The translations under genes were made by a program, and so were the position numbers. The notes under the pieces are model-generated. The model made no database searches. It saw only the letters and a program-made list of their open reading frames with translations, and had not been told where the DNA came from. From Thermodesulfobacteriota bacterium (lineage in GTDB: Bacteria; Desulfobacterota; Desulfobacteria; Desulfobacterales; SURF-7): a stretch of 64,000 bases of DNA. The stretch lies in assembly GCA_049320885.1 (NCBI GenBank), contig JBMORA010000044.1, forward strand, positions 21,977 through 85,976, given 5' to 3'. This document shows, piece by piece, positions 9,301-18,043 of the stretch (position 1 is its first letter; every line of letters begins with the position of its first letter).

Positions 9301-10008
9301 ATGAAAACATTTTTTTTGCGATGCATGATTATGGGCTGTGTCTTCACGGGTTTGTGGATGAAACCGGCGGAGGCCTATTATATGGTGACGGAAACCGCCC
9401 GGCTGGAGGTGGAAGGCGCCACCCGGTTTTCCAGCACCCAGGAGGGAAGCCGCTATATCAAGCAGGATTTTCGCCTGACCAACACAGGCGAGAAGCCGTT
9501 GAAAGAGGTGGGGGTGGTCTGGCAGTTCCTGTATGCCGGTCCAGGGGCGTTTCTATATGACAATCTGGAGCATCGCTGGGAGCGGTCCATCACTCTCAAC
9601 GGCGTTGAACAGACCTTGTGGCTGGAAGGCCTGACCTACGACCCCCTGAAGAACCCCGATGGGGAGAGCACCTACTTTTCCATGGGCCGGGACCAGTCGG
9701 ATGCGGCCCTGGAATATGAACTGAGCGCCAGGGAGGTATGCCGGCTGGCGGAAACGGATGAGGTTCCGGTGTTCTGGCTTGGCGATATCGAGGCTGGCGG
9801 CAGCGCATTTTTTTCCCTGTATGCCGGCCAGGGGTTGTACCAGGAAGGGGTATATCAAGAAGGCTGGTCATTTTCCCCGGTTTTCCAGTATGTGGCCCAG
9901 GCGGCTCCGGTTCCGGCGCCGGCGGCGGTCTGGCTGCTGGGCAGCGGGATCGTGTCTTTCCATGTGCTGAGGACCCGGGGGAAAAAAAAGGAAAAACGAA
10001 ACCGGTAG
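9301..10008 (+). CDS. Secreted protein with VPLPA/PEP-CTERM-type sorting signal
   Basis: Signal peptide ending AEA; C-terminus APVPAPAAVWLLGSG, hydrophobic stretch, basic tail. Confidence 0.8.
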   Translation: MKTFFLRCMIMGCVFTGLWMKPAEAYYMVTETARLEVEGATRFSSTQEGSRYIKQDFRLTNTGEKPLKEVGVVWQFLYAGPGAFLYDNLEHRWERSITLNGVEQTLWLEGLTYDPLKNPDGESTYFSMGRDQSDAALEYELSAREVCRLAETDEVPVFWLGDIEAGGSAFFSLYAGQGLYQEGVYQEGWSFSPVFQYVAQAAPVPAPAAVWLLGSGIVSFHVLRTRGKKKEKRNR

Positions 10009-10070
10009 ACATACCCGCCAGCCGGTTTCGGTGGAAGGGCGGAAAGAATACGCGCAAGGCGGTGACCATA

Positions 10071-10244
10071 ATGGAAACAACGGACAAGCAGGCGCCCAAA
10101 AAAGACAAATCCAGTAAATATGCTAAATTTCTTCAATATTTACAGGGAATACAGGAAGAAAAGTTTACCGGTTACATCAAGATCAATTTTTCCCAGGGCC
10201 AGATCGGCCGGGTGGAAAAATTTGAAGAGATTTTAAAGAGCTGA
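10071..10244 (+). CDS. Small protein resembling the DUF2292/YezD family
   Basis: FTGYIKINFSQGQIGRVEKFE pattern; fills the gap between co-oriented genes. Confidence 0.55.
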   Translation: METTDKQAPKKDKSSKYAKFLQYLQGIQEEKFTGYIKINFSQGQIGRVEKFEEILKS

Positions 10245-10275
10245 TCGAAGAACAACCATAAGAAAGAAAACGACC

Positions 10276-13200
10276 ATGAAAAAGATCATCTGTCTTCATA
10301 TGATACTGTTTGTCTGTCTGCTGGGCTGGGCCATACCGGCCCGGGCGTATTTTGAAAATGACCATCTGCTCTTGTCAATCTACAATGAGGAGGACAACCA
10401 GGTGGGCGTGGACCTGGGTTCAGTCGACGCTCTGATTCGCACAGCCGGATCCAACCAGGTCCTGGTGGCAGCCGGTTCGTTTTCCCTGGATGATTTCGGC
10501 GCTGCGGTGGATTCCTGGTCCGATCTGGCGGCCGGCGTTTTTACCTGCTTTCTGACCGGCAGCGGCTCCGCCAGCCAGCAGAACATGTATTTCGCCACCA
10601 CGCTGACTACCGCTCCTGCCGTTAATTTCCTGTCGGCGACCACCATGCAATCCGGCTCCGGCAGTGTCCACACCCTGTACAGAATGGGCGGCGGTGATGC
10701 TCCCACGGGAAAATCAACCTATGTCGGCTCCGCCGCTGAATGGAACGGCTACGATGTCAAGATGAACCAGAACAGCAATAATCCCGGCGGATTTGCCGGT
10801 TTTCACAACGAAGGCCTGAACAATCCGATGGCGGAACCGACCCTGGAGGACTTGGCTACGACCGGATACATCGATCTGTATCTGTACCAATGGGCCAAAA
10901 ACGTCAGCGGCAACCATTTCATCCCCGGCGTCGGCGCTGATTACCAAGGCATTGTCCGGATCAAAAACGACGGCAGTGTGCTTTTCAATCCCGCCGGGCT
11001 GAATCAGCCTCCCGTGGTGGCGGCAATCGGCGACCAGGAAGCAGTCACGGGAAGCACTGTCACCGTGGCGATCACCGCAACGGACGCCGACGGCGATTCC
11101 CTGTCAGCCGCTGTTTACAATCAACAGGCGGTCGATCCGCGCTGGACTGTGTCAGCCCCCTCCGGCGGTTCCGGCAGCTATTCCTGGACAGCGAGGTGGA
11201 CCATACCGGCCGAAACCATCACGCCTTCCACCGACTCCTTCACCGTCAAGGTGACGGACAACAAGGGCGGTGAAGGGGCGCGGGCGTTCACCATCACCGT
11301 GCTCGCCGGCAGCGCCGCGCCGGTCATTACGGCCATTCCCGACCAGACCGGCAAGGCCGGCGAAGCCCTGACCTTCACCATCAACGCCTCGGACAGCGAC
11401 GAGGAGGAGGGCCTGACCCTTAGCCATACCACCCTGCCGGCCGGCGTTGAAGTGACGGATGCACCCGTGGTTACGGGAAACCAGTATCAATGGACCTTCA
11501 CCTGGACACCCCTGTCGACCCAGCTGGGAACCCACACCATCACGTTCACCGTGAGCGACACGGACACCGGAACCGCCGATGCGACGGAAACCGTGGAGAT
11601 CGTCATTGCCAGCGACCTCAAGGCTCCTTCGGTGCACGCCCCCGTCGACAAGACCGAATTCGCCTCCCTGGCAGCGCCGGATCTGGTGATAGCCAAACCG
11701 AATCACGGCAGCACGGTCTATACCTATGATTTCCAGATTTCCAAAAACAAGGCCATGACCGATGACGACCTCCTCGCCCATGGGGAGAACGTTCCGGAAA
11801 CAACAGGTCAGTTCATCACCTGGGAATTGTCCAAGACCCTCGCGGAGGATTTGGAGGACAATACCTGGTATTACTGGCGGGCCCGCTCCAATGACGGCGA
11901 GAATCACAGCTCCTGGGTCACCGCAAGCTTCCAGGTGAACCTGGAGAATGAACAGCCTGGCGTTCCCGCGGGTATGGAACCCAAGGACAACGCCGTCAAG
12001 GACACGCGCACCCCCACCCTGAAATGCGGGATTGCCGTTGATCCGGACGATGATATCCTCAAATACGAATTCGCGATCTATCTGCTTGACGGCGCCGAGC
12101 CGCTGGTCACCGGAGAGGTGGATGGGGTATATGATCCGGAACATCCGGAAATCGCCTGGACCGTGCCCGAAGACGCGGCCCTCGGGGATAAAACCGCTTA
12201 TTACTGGAGAGTGCGGGCTGTTGAAACCCTGGTCAACGGGCTCAGCGGCGACTGGTCCGAGGCCTATGCCTTTTCCGTGGACACGGACAGCGACACCTCC
12301 CTGATACCCACCCTGGTCTATCCCGTCAACCAGGAGATCGCCGTCAACCGGCCCAAACTCAAGATCACCAATTCCGGTTCCGCCTGCCAGAAACCGTATT
12401 ATTATTTTGAAATCATCGAGCGGGGAGCGGAGGAGGTCTGCGGGGCCTTCCAGGGTACCTATCTTGTCCAGTCGCCGGGCATTCCCCAGGGCCAGGTGGA
12501 TCCGCCCCTGCCCGGCGGTTCCGACTGGGAGACGGGCGAAGGCGGAATCGTGCTGCCCCAGGATCCGGACTTCACCTACTGGAAGACGCCGGCCCTTAAG
12601 GACGAAACCCATTACTGCTGGCGGGTGCGGCTCGTGGATGCCGCGGATACGGAAAACGCCGTTAAGTGGTCCGCCACCGGCACCTTCTTCGTCAACCTGA
12701 AGAATGATCCGCCCACCGCTCCCGTCATCCTGGAGCCAACCGGCGGCGCGGTGATCAGCGACGCCGGACAATTGGAAAATCTGACCCTCAGGGCCCGGCC
12801 CTCCGTGGATCGGGACGAGGATCGAATCGTTTACGAGTTCCGACTGCTGAAAAACGGCGGGGAAGTCGCCACCGAGGCAGTGGAGGATGTTGCCGAATGG
12901 AAAATCCCCATCCTGTTGGACAACCACGCAACCTATCAGTGGCAGGTGCGGGCCTATGACGAGCATGCCTTTGACGGCGGAGCATTCGACCCGAATTGCG
13001 CCAGCCCGTGGTCGGGCCTGGCCGAATTCCATGTGTCCATCAATGGCGCGCCGTCGGTCCCGACCGTCAACAGTCCGCTCATCGGCAGTGTCATCTCCTC
13101 CCTGAAACCGGAACTGTCGGTGATCAACAGCGTGGATCCGGACGGTGACGATCTGCAATACGAATTCGAGATCTACAATGACCTGTCCTTTGCCGCCTAT

Positions 13201-14001
13201 GCGTTTGTGGCCAGCGGCGTCGTATCCGAAGGGCAGGAAATCACCAACTGGAAGGTGCCGGTGACCCTGACGGACGGCATGCGCTACTACTGGCGTTCCA
13301 GGGCCCTGGACAGCGCCCTGCAGAGCACCTGGACCGCCACCGCCTCGTTCCGGGTGGATACTGCCTTTGTCAATCAGGAAATCGTCATAGCGGCCTCGAA
13401 AAAAATCCTGGCCGCGGCCATGGATGTGCAGGAGCTGGTGGTCAACGACCCCACCAGCCCGGCCTGGGGGGTGAAGGTGAGCATTCCACCCGGCGCGGTA
13501 TCCGGCGACATCCTTCTCACCATCGGGTATGTCAACAATCCGCCTGGATTCAGGGGCGGAATCAGGCTTCTCAACAAGGTTTTCGTATTCGGGCCATCCG
13601 GTTATACCTTCAACCGGGATGTGAGCATCCGGCTGCCGTACTCCCAGGCGGATTTGAAGGCGGCCGGCGTGAGCGACCCGACAAAACTCAAAATCTACCA
13701 CTACAACCAGCTGACGGACGAATGGGAGGCCGTGGACAATATCGAAGTCGACACCTACGGCCGTTTCATCACCTTCAAGGTGCGGCATTTCTCCATGTAC
13801 GCCGCGGCCCACGATCAGGACGGGGATGATACACCCCATGATGTTACCGCGGAATCCTCGAATGACGATGGCGGGATGTGTTTCATTTCGACCACTGATG
13901 GTGGGATGAATTTCGGCGGGCGGCTTGCGGAATGGATGGATGTGCTCGCGGGCTTGACCATGCTTGCGGCCGGACTCTGTTTTCGAAAAAAGCGCCGGTA
14001 A
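10276..14001 (+). CDS. 1241-aa surface protein: duplicated N-terminal domain, two Ig/cadherin-like, about five FN3-like and one ZU5-like domain, CFI-box-CTERM-type tail
   Basis: Signal peptide; TATDADGD and NASDSD Ig-like repeats; five Y.W..R repeats; PPGAV..FGPSG..F...HFS; C-terminal GGMCFIST, TM segment, RKKRR. Confidence 0.85.
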   Translation: MKKIICLHMILFVCLLGWAIPARAYFENDHLLLSIYNEEDNQVGVDLGSVDALIRTAGSNQVLVAAGSFSLDDFGAAVDSWSDLAAGVFTCFLTGSGSASQQNMYFATTLTTAPAVNFLSATTMQSGSGSVHTLYRMGGGDAPTGKSTYVGSAAEWNGYDVKMNQNSNNPGGFAGFHNEGLNNPMAEPTLEDLATTGYIDLYLYQWAKNVSGNHFIPGVGADYQGIVRIKNDGSVLFNPAGLNQPPVVAAIGDQEAVTGSTVTVAITATDADGDSLSAAVYNQQAVDPRWTVSAPSGGSGSYSWTARWTIPAETITPSTDSFTVKVTDNKGGEGARAFTITVLAGSAAPVITAIPDQTGKAGEALTFTINASDSDEEEGLTLSHTTLPAGVEVTDAPVVTGNQYQWTFTWTPLSTQLGTHTITFTVSDTDTGTADATETVEIVIASDLKAPSVHAPVDKTEFASLAAPDLVIAKPNHGSTVYTYDFQISKNKAMTDDDLLAHGENVPETTGQFITWELSKTLAEDLEDNTWYYWRARSNDGENHSSWVTASFQVNLENEQPGVPAGMEPKDNAVKDTRTPTLKCGIAVDPDDDILKYEFAIYLLDGAEPLVTGEVDGVYDPEHPEIAWTVPEDAALGDKTAYYWRVRAVETLVNGLSGDWSEAYAFSVDTDSDTSLIPTLVYPVNQEIAVNRPKLKITNSGSACQKPYYYFEIIERGAEEVCGAFQGTYLVQSPGIPQGQVDPPLPGGSDWETGEGGIVLPQDPDFTYWKTPALKDETHYCWRVRLVDAADTENAVKWSATGTFFVNLKNDPPTAPVILEPTGGAVISDAGQLENLTLRARPSVDRDEDRIVYEFRLLKNGGEVATEAVEDVAEWKIPILLDNHATYQWQVRAYDEHAFDGGAFDPNCASPWSGLAEFHVSINGAPSVPTVNSPLIGSVISSLKPELSVINSVDPDGDDLQYEFEIYNDLSFAAYAFVASGVVSEGQEITNWKVPVTLTDGMRYYWRSRALDSALQSTWTATASFRVDTAFVNQEIVIAASKKILAAAMDVQELVVNDPTSPAWGVKVSIPPGAVSGDILLTIGYVNNPPGFRGGIRLLNKVFVFGPSGYTFNRDVSIRLPYSQADLKAAGVSDPTKLKIYHYNQLTDEWEAVDNIEVDTYGRFITFKVRHFSMYAAAHDQDGDDTPHDVTAESSNDDGGMCFISTTDGGMNFGGRLAEWMDVLAGLTMLAAGLCFRKKRR

Positions 14002-14060
14002 AGCGAAATGATGCAGCGCGGGGAAGAATAAGAAAAAAGAGAAAGCAATTCAAATGGAAA

Positions 14061-14082
14061 GGTGAAGGCCCCGGCCTTCACC
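14061..14082 (+). terminator. Putative terminator hairpin
   Basis: ggtgaaggcc-cc-ggccttcacc followed by a weak T-tract. Confidence 0.45.
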
Positions 14083-14144
14083 TCTCTGTTGTAACGCCAG
14101 ACTTTCCTGTCTTCAGGGGAACGGAGATCACATAACCAATCATT

Positions 14145-14276
14145 GATGGAATCGTAAAAAGTCTGGTAGCTCGGTCATCGTCATGCCGGACTTGATCCGG
14201 CATCCAGTAAATACAATATATTCTGGGCTACCGCTTTCGCGGTAGCGACGGAATAGGGACTTTTTACCATTTCATC
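14145..14276. mobile_element. 132-bp MITE-like element
   Basis: 19-bp terminal inverted repeats (17/19 match); flanking 7-bp direct repeat AATCATT (14138-14144 and 14277-14283); two internal hairpins. Confidence 0.85.
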
Positions 14277-14546
14277 AATCATTAATCCGACCGTAATAAA
14301 AACCTAATATGGGAAGGGTAAATCCAGAATCGAAATAAACGGAGCAGGTGAACCGGCGGAATAGCCGATAACCGGCAGACCGGTTGAGACCGAATCCGTA
14401 TTCCAATCCAACAGTTTCCAAGGGTACTTCGCTGACTCGAATATTTCTCGGCACCAGGAAGCCCGCCAGCAAGGGGACCAGGCATCCCGGAAAGGAGGTG
14501 GGGAGCAAGACCCGCGGCGCATGGCGCGGCGCGTTGTCGAAGAAAT

Positions 14547-14562
14547 CGGGAATCGAGTTGCA
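14547..14562 (+). promoter_or_regulatory. Possible sigma-54 -24/-12 promoter
   Basis: CGGGAATCGAGTTGCA fits GG-N10-GC; imperfect consensus. Confidence 0.3.
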
Positions 14563-14627
14563 TGTTCGTCCATGTCTGTCCATGTTCCTAATTGTATTGA
14601 AAATCGTTCATTCGCAATCAACAAACG

Positions 14628-14717
14628 CCTTTTGAAAAGCCAACACCTGTGAGAGCGGGTGACGGAAAGCCACAGGCCCCGGCTGGCAATGAACGGGGCG
14701 GCTGGGCCGCCGGAAGG
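14628..14717 (+). ncRNA. c-di-GMP-I (GEMM-I) riboswitch
   Basis: P1 CCUUUUG/CGGAAGG; P2 CACCUGU-GAGA-GCGGGUG; conserved GACGGAAAGCC junction; P3 ending GGCUGGGCCGCC; 34 nt upstream of the ATG at 14752. Confidence 0.85.
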
Positions 14718-14751
14718 ATAAAAAACTGGTAACCAAAGAGGAGAAAGTTCC

Positions 14752-15528
14752 ATGAAAAAACTGTTATCCGTATTTGTGGCGTGTTTCATGCTTATCGGTA
14801 TGGCCGGTCAGGCATCCGCCTATTTTGAAAACGACCATCTTGTCCTTGCCATTTACAATCAGGAAGACAACCAGGTGGGTATCGATCTGGGAGCAGTCGG
14901 CAGCCTGATCCGCACGCCGGGATCCAATCAGACCCTGGCCGCCGCCGGTTCCTTTTCCCTCAACGATTTCGGCGCCGCGGTTGACTCCTGGTCCGATGTC
15001 GCGGCCGGCGTTTTCACCTGCTACCTGTCCGGCAGCGGCCAAACCAGCGCACAGAATATGTACTTCGCCACCGTGCTGCCCACCGCGCCGGTGGTCAACT
15101 TCCTGTCCGCGACCACCATGCAGTCCGGTTCCGGCTCGGTCCATACCCTGTACCGCGGCGACAACACCGACGGCAAATATGTCGGCTCCGCCACCGAATG
15201 GAACGGCTACGATGTCAAGATGAACCAGAACAGCAACAATCCGGGCGGCATGGCCGGTTTCCACAACGAAGGCCTGAGCAACCCGGTGGCGGAACCGACC
15301 CTGGATGCCTTGGCGACGGTTGGCTATATCGATATGTATCTGTTTCAATGGCAGAAGAATGCCCAGGGCAATGCTTTCGTGCCCGGCATCGGCACGGAAT
15401 ACCAGGGCATCGTCCGGATTTCCGCCGACGGCTCCGCGGTTTTCAATCCGGTACCCATTCCCGGCGCTTTGATCCTGCTCGGCTCCGGTCTGGTGGCCCT
15501 CGTGGGTATCAGAAGAAGAAACGCATAG
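14752..15528 (+). CDS. PEP/VPLPA-CTERM sorting-domain protein
   Basis: Signal peptide ending ASA; C-terminus PVPIPGALILLGSGLVALVGIRRRNA; GAGGAG RBS. Confidence 0.9.
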   Translation: MKKLLSVFVACFMLIGMAGQASAYFENDHLVLAIYNQEDNQVGIDLGAVGSLIRTPGSNQTLAAAGSFSLNDFGAAVDSWSDVAAGVFTCYLSGSGQTSAQNMYFATVLPTAPVVNFLSATTMQSGSGSVHTLYRGDNTDGKYVGSATEWNGYDVKMNQNSNNPGGMAGFHNEGLSNPVAEPTLDALATVGYIDMYLFQWQKNAQGNAFVPGIGTEYQGIVRISADGSAVFNPVPIPGALILLGSGLVALVGIRRRNA

Positions 15529-15625
15529 CTCTCCATTTCCATGTCATCCCGCATGGGATGACATGAAAGGATTTCCAAACCACACAAATGACGTGAAACG
15601 CAAAACAAATGCAAGGAGACTGAAA

Positions 15626-16807
15626 ATGATACGTAAAATGATCAAATCCGCAGTTGTCGGCATGGCCATGATGTCCGTGGTGGGTTCGGCCCAGGCCGCC
15701 CAGATCGATATCAACATCTACGGCGCTTCCGCCCAGTATCTGTTCTGGAATGACGCCGCCGATAACTTCCTCATCGCCCAGGGCTGCACCGGCGTGGCCC
15801 AGGCCGAGTACAGCGACAAGAAACACGGCATCACCAGGGGCACCTGCGGCGCCAACACCGTGTATATCCGTTATACCTCCAAGGCTTCCTATGACGGCAT
15901 CCGTGCCGTGAAATGCCAGGATCCGGAAGGGCTATCCGCCGGCTGCCCCAGCGCCTGCTACCGCAGGATGGCGGATGAAACCGCCACCAACTTCACCACC
16001 AAAGTCGTCAGCGCCCTGTCCTGCGAGGATGTCACCATCGGCGCTTCCGATGTGGAAGCCGACGCCTTCAACCAGGAAAGCCATGGTGCGCTCAAAGGCC
16101 ATCTCGGCGGCGTCTGGACGGATCGTTTCATCAACGGCGTGGACGACAGCGGCCTGAACTCCTACCGCCCCCTGGTGGTACCCTTCGGTTTCTTCAAGAA
16201 CAACAGCGTACCCTACACCAACCTGACCCGTCTGATGGCCGTGCACCTTTTCTCCGGTCAGGTCAACAACTGGCAGTCTTTTGACATGGCCCAGGACAAC
16301 CAGGATGTCGTGGTTTGTCTGCGTCACGCCGGTTCCGGCACCCATGCCACCCTGGACGCCGCTGTCATGCGAGGCGATCTGCCGCTGGTCATCGAGGAAA
16401 ACCAGGTGCCCTTCCTCGGCTCCGTCAAATGGTTCAACGACGGCTCCTCCGACATGATGAAATGCATCGACCAGAACGCCGGCGCCATCGGGTATGCGGA
16501 TTCCGACGCCCTGAAAAACCCGGCCACGTACCCCAACACGTCTGCCGTCACCTACATGGGAGTCTCTGCGGTCAAAGCCAATGTGGTCCAGGGCATGTAT
16601 GATTTCTGGTCAGCCCAGTGGCTGTTCGAGTCCCCCACCGACGCCAACTACGGCACGACCCATTCCTGGGTTACCGCTCTGAACACCTTTGCCTCCAACC
16701 CGGCCAACCTGCCGGCCTCGACCCAGGCCTTCTGGGCCACCCAGAGCGAAATGAAGGTCACCAAAGCCAACAGCTTTGCCTTCCCGACTCGTACGGTGGA
16801 GCCGTAA
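15626..16807 (+). CDS. Secreted PstS/PBP-like substrate-binding-domain protein
   Basis: Signal peptide ending AQA; LFSGQVNNW, LRHAGSGTHA and GAIGYAD motifs; AAGGAG RBS. Confidence 0.75.
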   Translation: MIRKMIKSAVVGMAMMSVVGSAQAAQIDINIYGASAQYLFWNDAADNFLIAQGCTGVAQAEYSDKKHGITRGTCGANTVYIRYTSKASYDGIRAVKCQDPEGLSAGCPSACYRRMADETATNFTTKVVSALSCEDVTIGASDVEADAFNQESHGALKGHLGGVWTDRFINGVDDSGLNSYRPLVVPFGFFKNNSVPYTNLTRLMAVHLFSGQVNNWQSFDMAQDNQDVVVCLRHAGSGTHATLDAAVMRGDLPLVIEENQVPFLGSVKWFNDGSSDMMKCIDQNAGAIGYADSDALKNPATYPNTSAVTYMGVSAVKANVVQGMYDFWSAQWLFESPTDANYGTTHSWVTALNTFASNPANLPASTQAFWATQSEMKVTKANSFAFPTRTVEP

Positions 16808-16842
16808 GCCTTCGGTTGGTGCTGTTCTTCCAGTCGTAATTT

Positions 16843-16883
16843 CGAAAAAAATGGGTCCCTTGCCCGGGGGCCCATTTTTTTCG
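16843..16883 (+). terminator. Intrinsic (bidirectional-looking) terminator
   Basis: cgaaaaaaatgggtccc...gggcccatttttttcg. Confidence 0.75.
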
Positions 16884-17194
16884 CCCGCGCCCGAAAAAAA
16901 AGAATGCGAACCCGATTCTTTCCCAATCCCAACAGGCCAATGCTTTCGTCATCATGTGGAGATAATCCTGTTCCCTCTATCCTGCCCAAAAAACAAATCA
17001 GGTCATGGCAGGAAATTTTTATACGATTCTAACAAAGCGATGGCAAAAAAGCGGCTTTGAGGTTTTTTGAATGGAAACTCATTCAATCCTAACAAGACCC
17101 AAGTAGAAGAAGTCCGTTGCAGGGTTCGATTAGGAGGAGCAAGTCCGGTCCGGAGGCGGGTAAAGGATAACAAGCATCGGGAGTATGGATAGAA

Positions 17195-18043
17195 ATGATA
17201 CGGATGATGAAAACGTTGACATGGATATGGATATTATTCGCGCCGGCCATGACGGTTTATGCGGCCGGAAAGCCCATGGAAGAACCGGCTCTTCGACTCA
17301 TCGCCAAAGGCGACGACGTGAAAGTGGACATGACCTGCCGGTTGAAAACCGGGGAGCTAGTCATGACGACTTTGAAGGAAGTCGCTGAAAGTCCGGACAA
17401 ACCGAAGGCAACCATTTTCCAGTTCTTGAAAACCTACGCTCCTGTCAGCGTCAAGGCCGGTGACGGTCAATTCTATTCGGGCAATGAGCCCTTGAGGTCC
17501 TTTACAGGAGAAATCCTGGCGGGCGTCAGCAACGCCCTGGTGGGCATGCAGGCCGGCGAAACCAGAACCATCACCCTTGAAGCCGTGACGGATCCGGCCA
17601 TCAAACCCGAGGACCGCTATATTCAACTGGCCAGACTGCGAACCTATCCCAAGGAAATCAAGGCCCCCAAAGCCGAATATCAGCGCATTTACGCAAAGGA
17701 GCCGGAAGTGGGGGCCGAAGTGGAAGTGGGTATCGGGGTTACCGGTCGGATTGCCCGCATCCACGGGGATCAGCTGTGGATCAAGCCCGATCTGACGGAT
17801 ACCGGCATGGTCCAAACCCCTTGGGGGCCGGCCGAGGTCTCCGAGAAAGAGGATAAATTTGAACTCAGCATACTTCCGGAAGCCGGTCGTCTGGTCCGCA
17901 CCGGTCCGTATGTCGGCAGGGTCGATCGCATCGAGGCGGACAGCTACATCATGGACTTCGGCCATCCCTTCGGCTCAGCGGTCCTTGTTTGTGAAATCCG
18001 TGTTCGGGAAATCCATACCGGCGAAAAGGGTCAGGTAAAATGA
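17195..18043 (+). CDS. Exported FKBP/SlyD-like peptidyl-prolyl isomerase
   Basis: Signal peptide; GD.V.VD.T.RL..G, ALVGMQAGETRTI, DFGHPFG. Confidence 0.75.
   Translation: MIRMMKTLTWIWILFAPAMTVYAAGKPMEEPALRLIAKGDDVKVDMTCRLKTGELVMTTLKEVAESPDKPKATIFQFLKTYAPVSVKAGDGQFYSGNEPLRSFTGEILAGVSNALVGMQAGETRTITLEAVTDPAIKPEDRYIQLARLRTYPKEIKAPKAEYQRIYAKEPEVGAEVEVGIGVTGRIARIHGDQLWIKPDLTDTGMVQTPWGPAEVSEKEDKFELSILPEAGRLVRTGPYVGRVDRIEADSYIMDFGHPFGSAVLVCEIRVREIHTGEKGQVK

Noticed and set aside
11152..13839. 895-aa minus-strand ORF
   Set aside because: Antisense shadow of the GC-rich 1241-aa gene; no recognisable motifs.
14628..14717. cGAMP-sensing GEMM-Ib variant
   Set aside because: The specificity position is G, not A, in my manual alignment.
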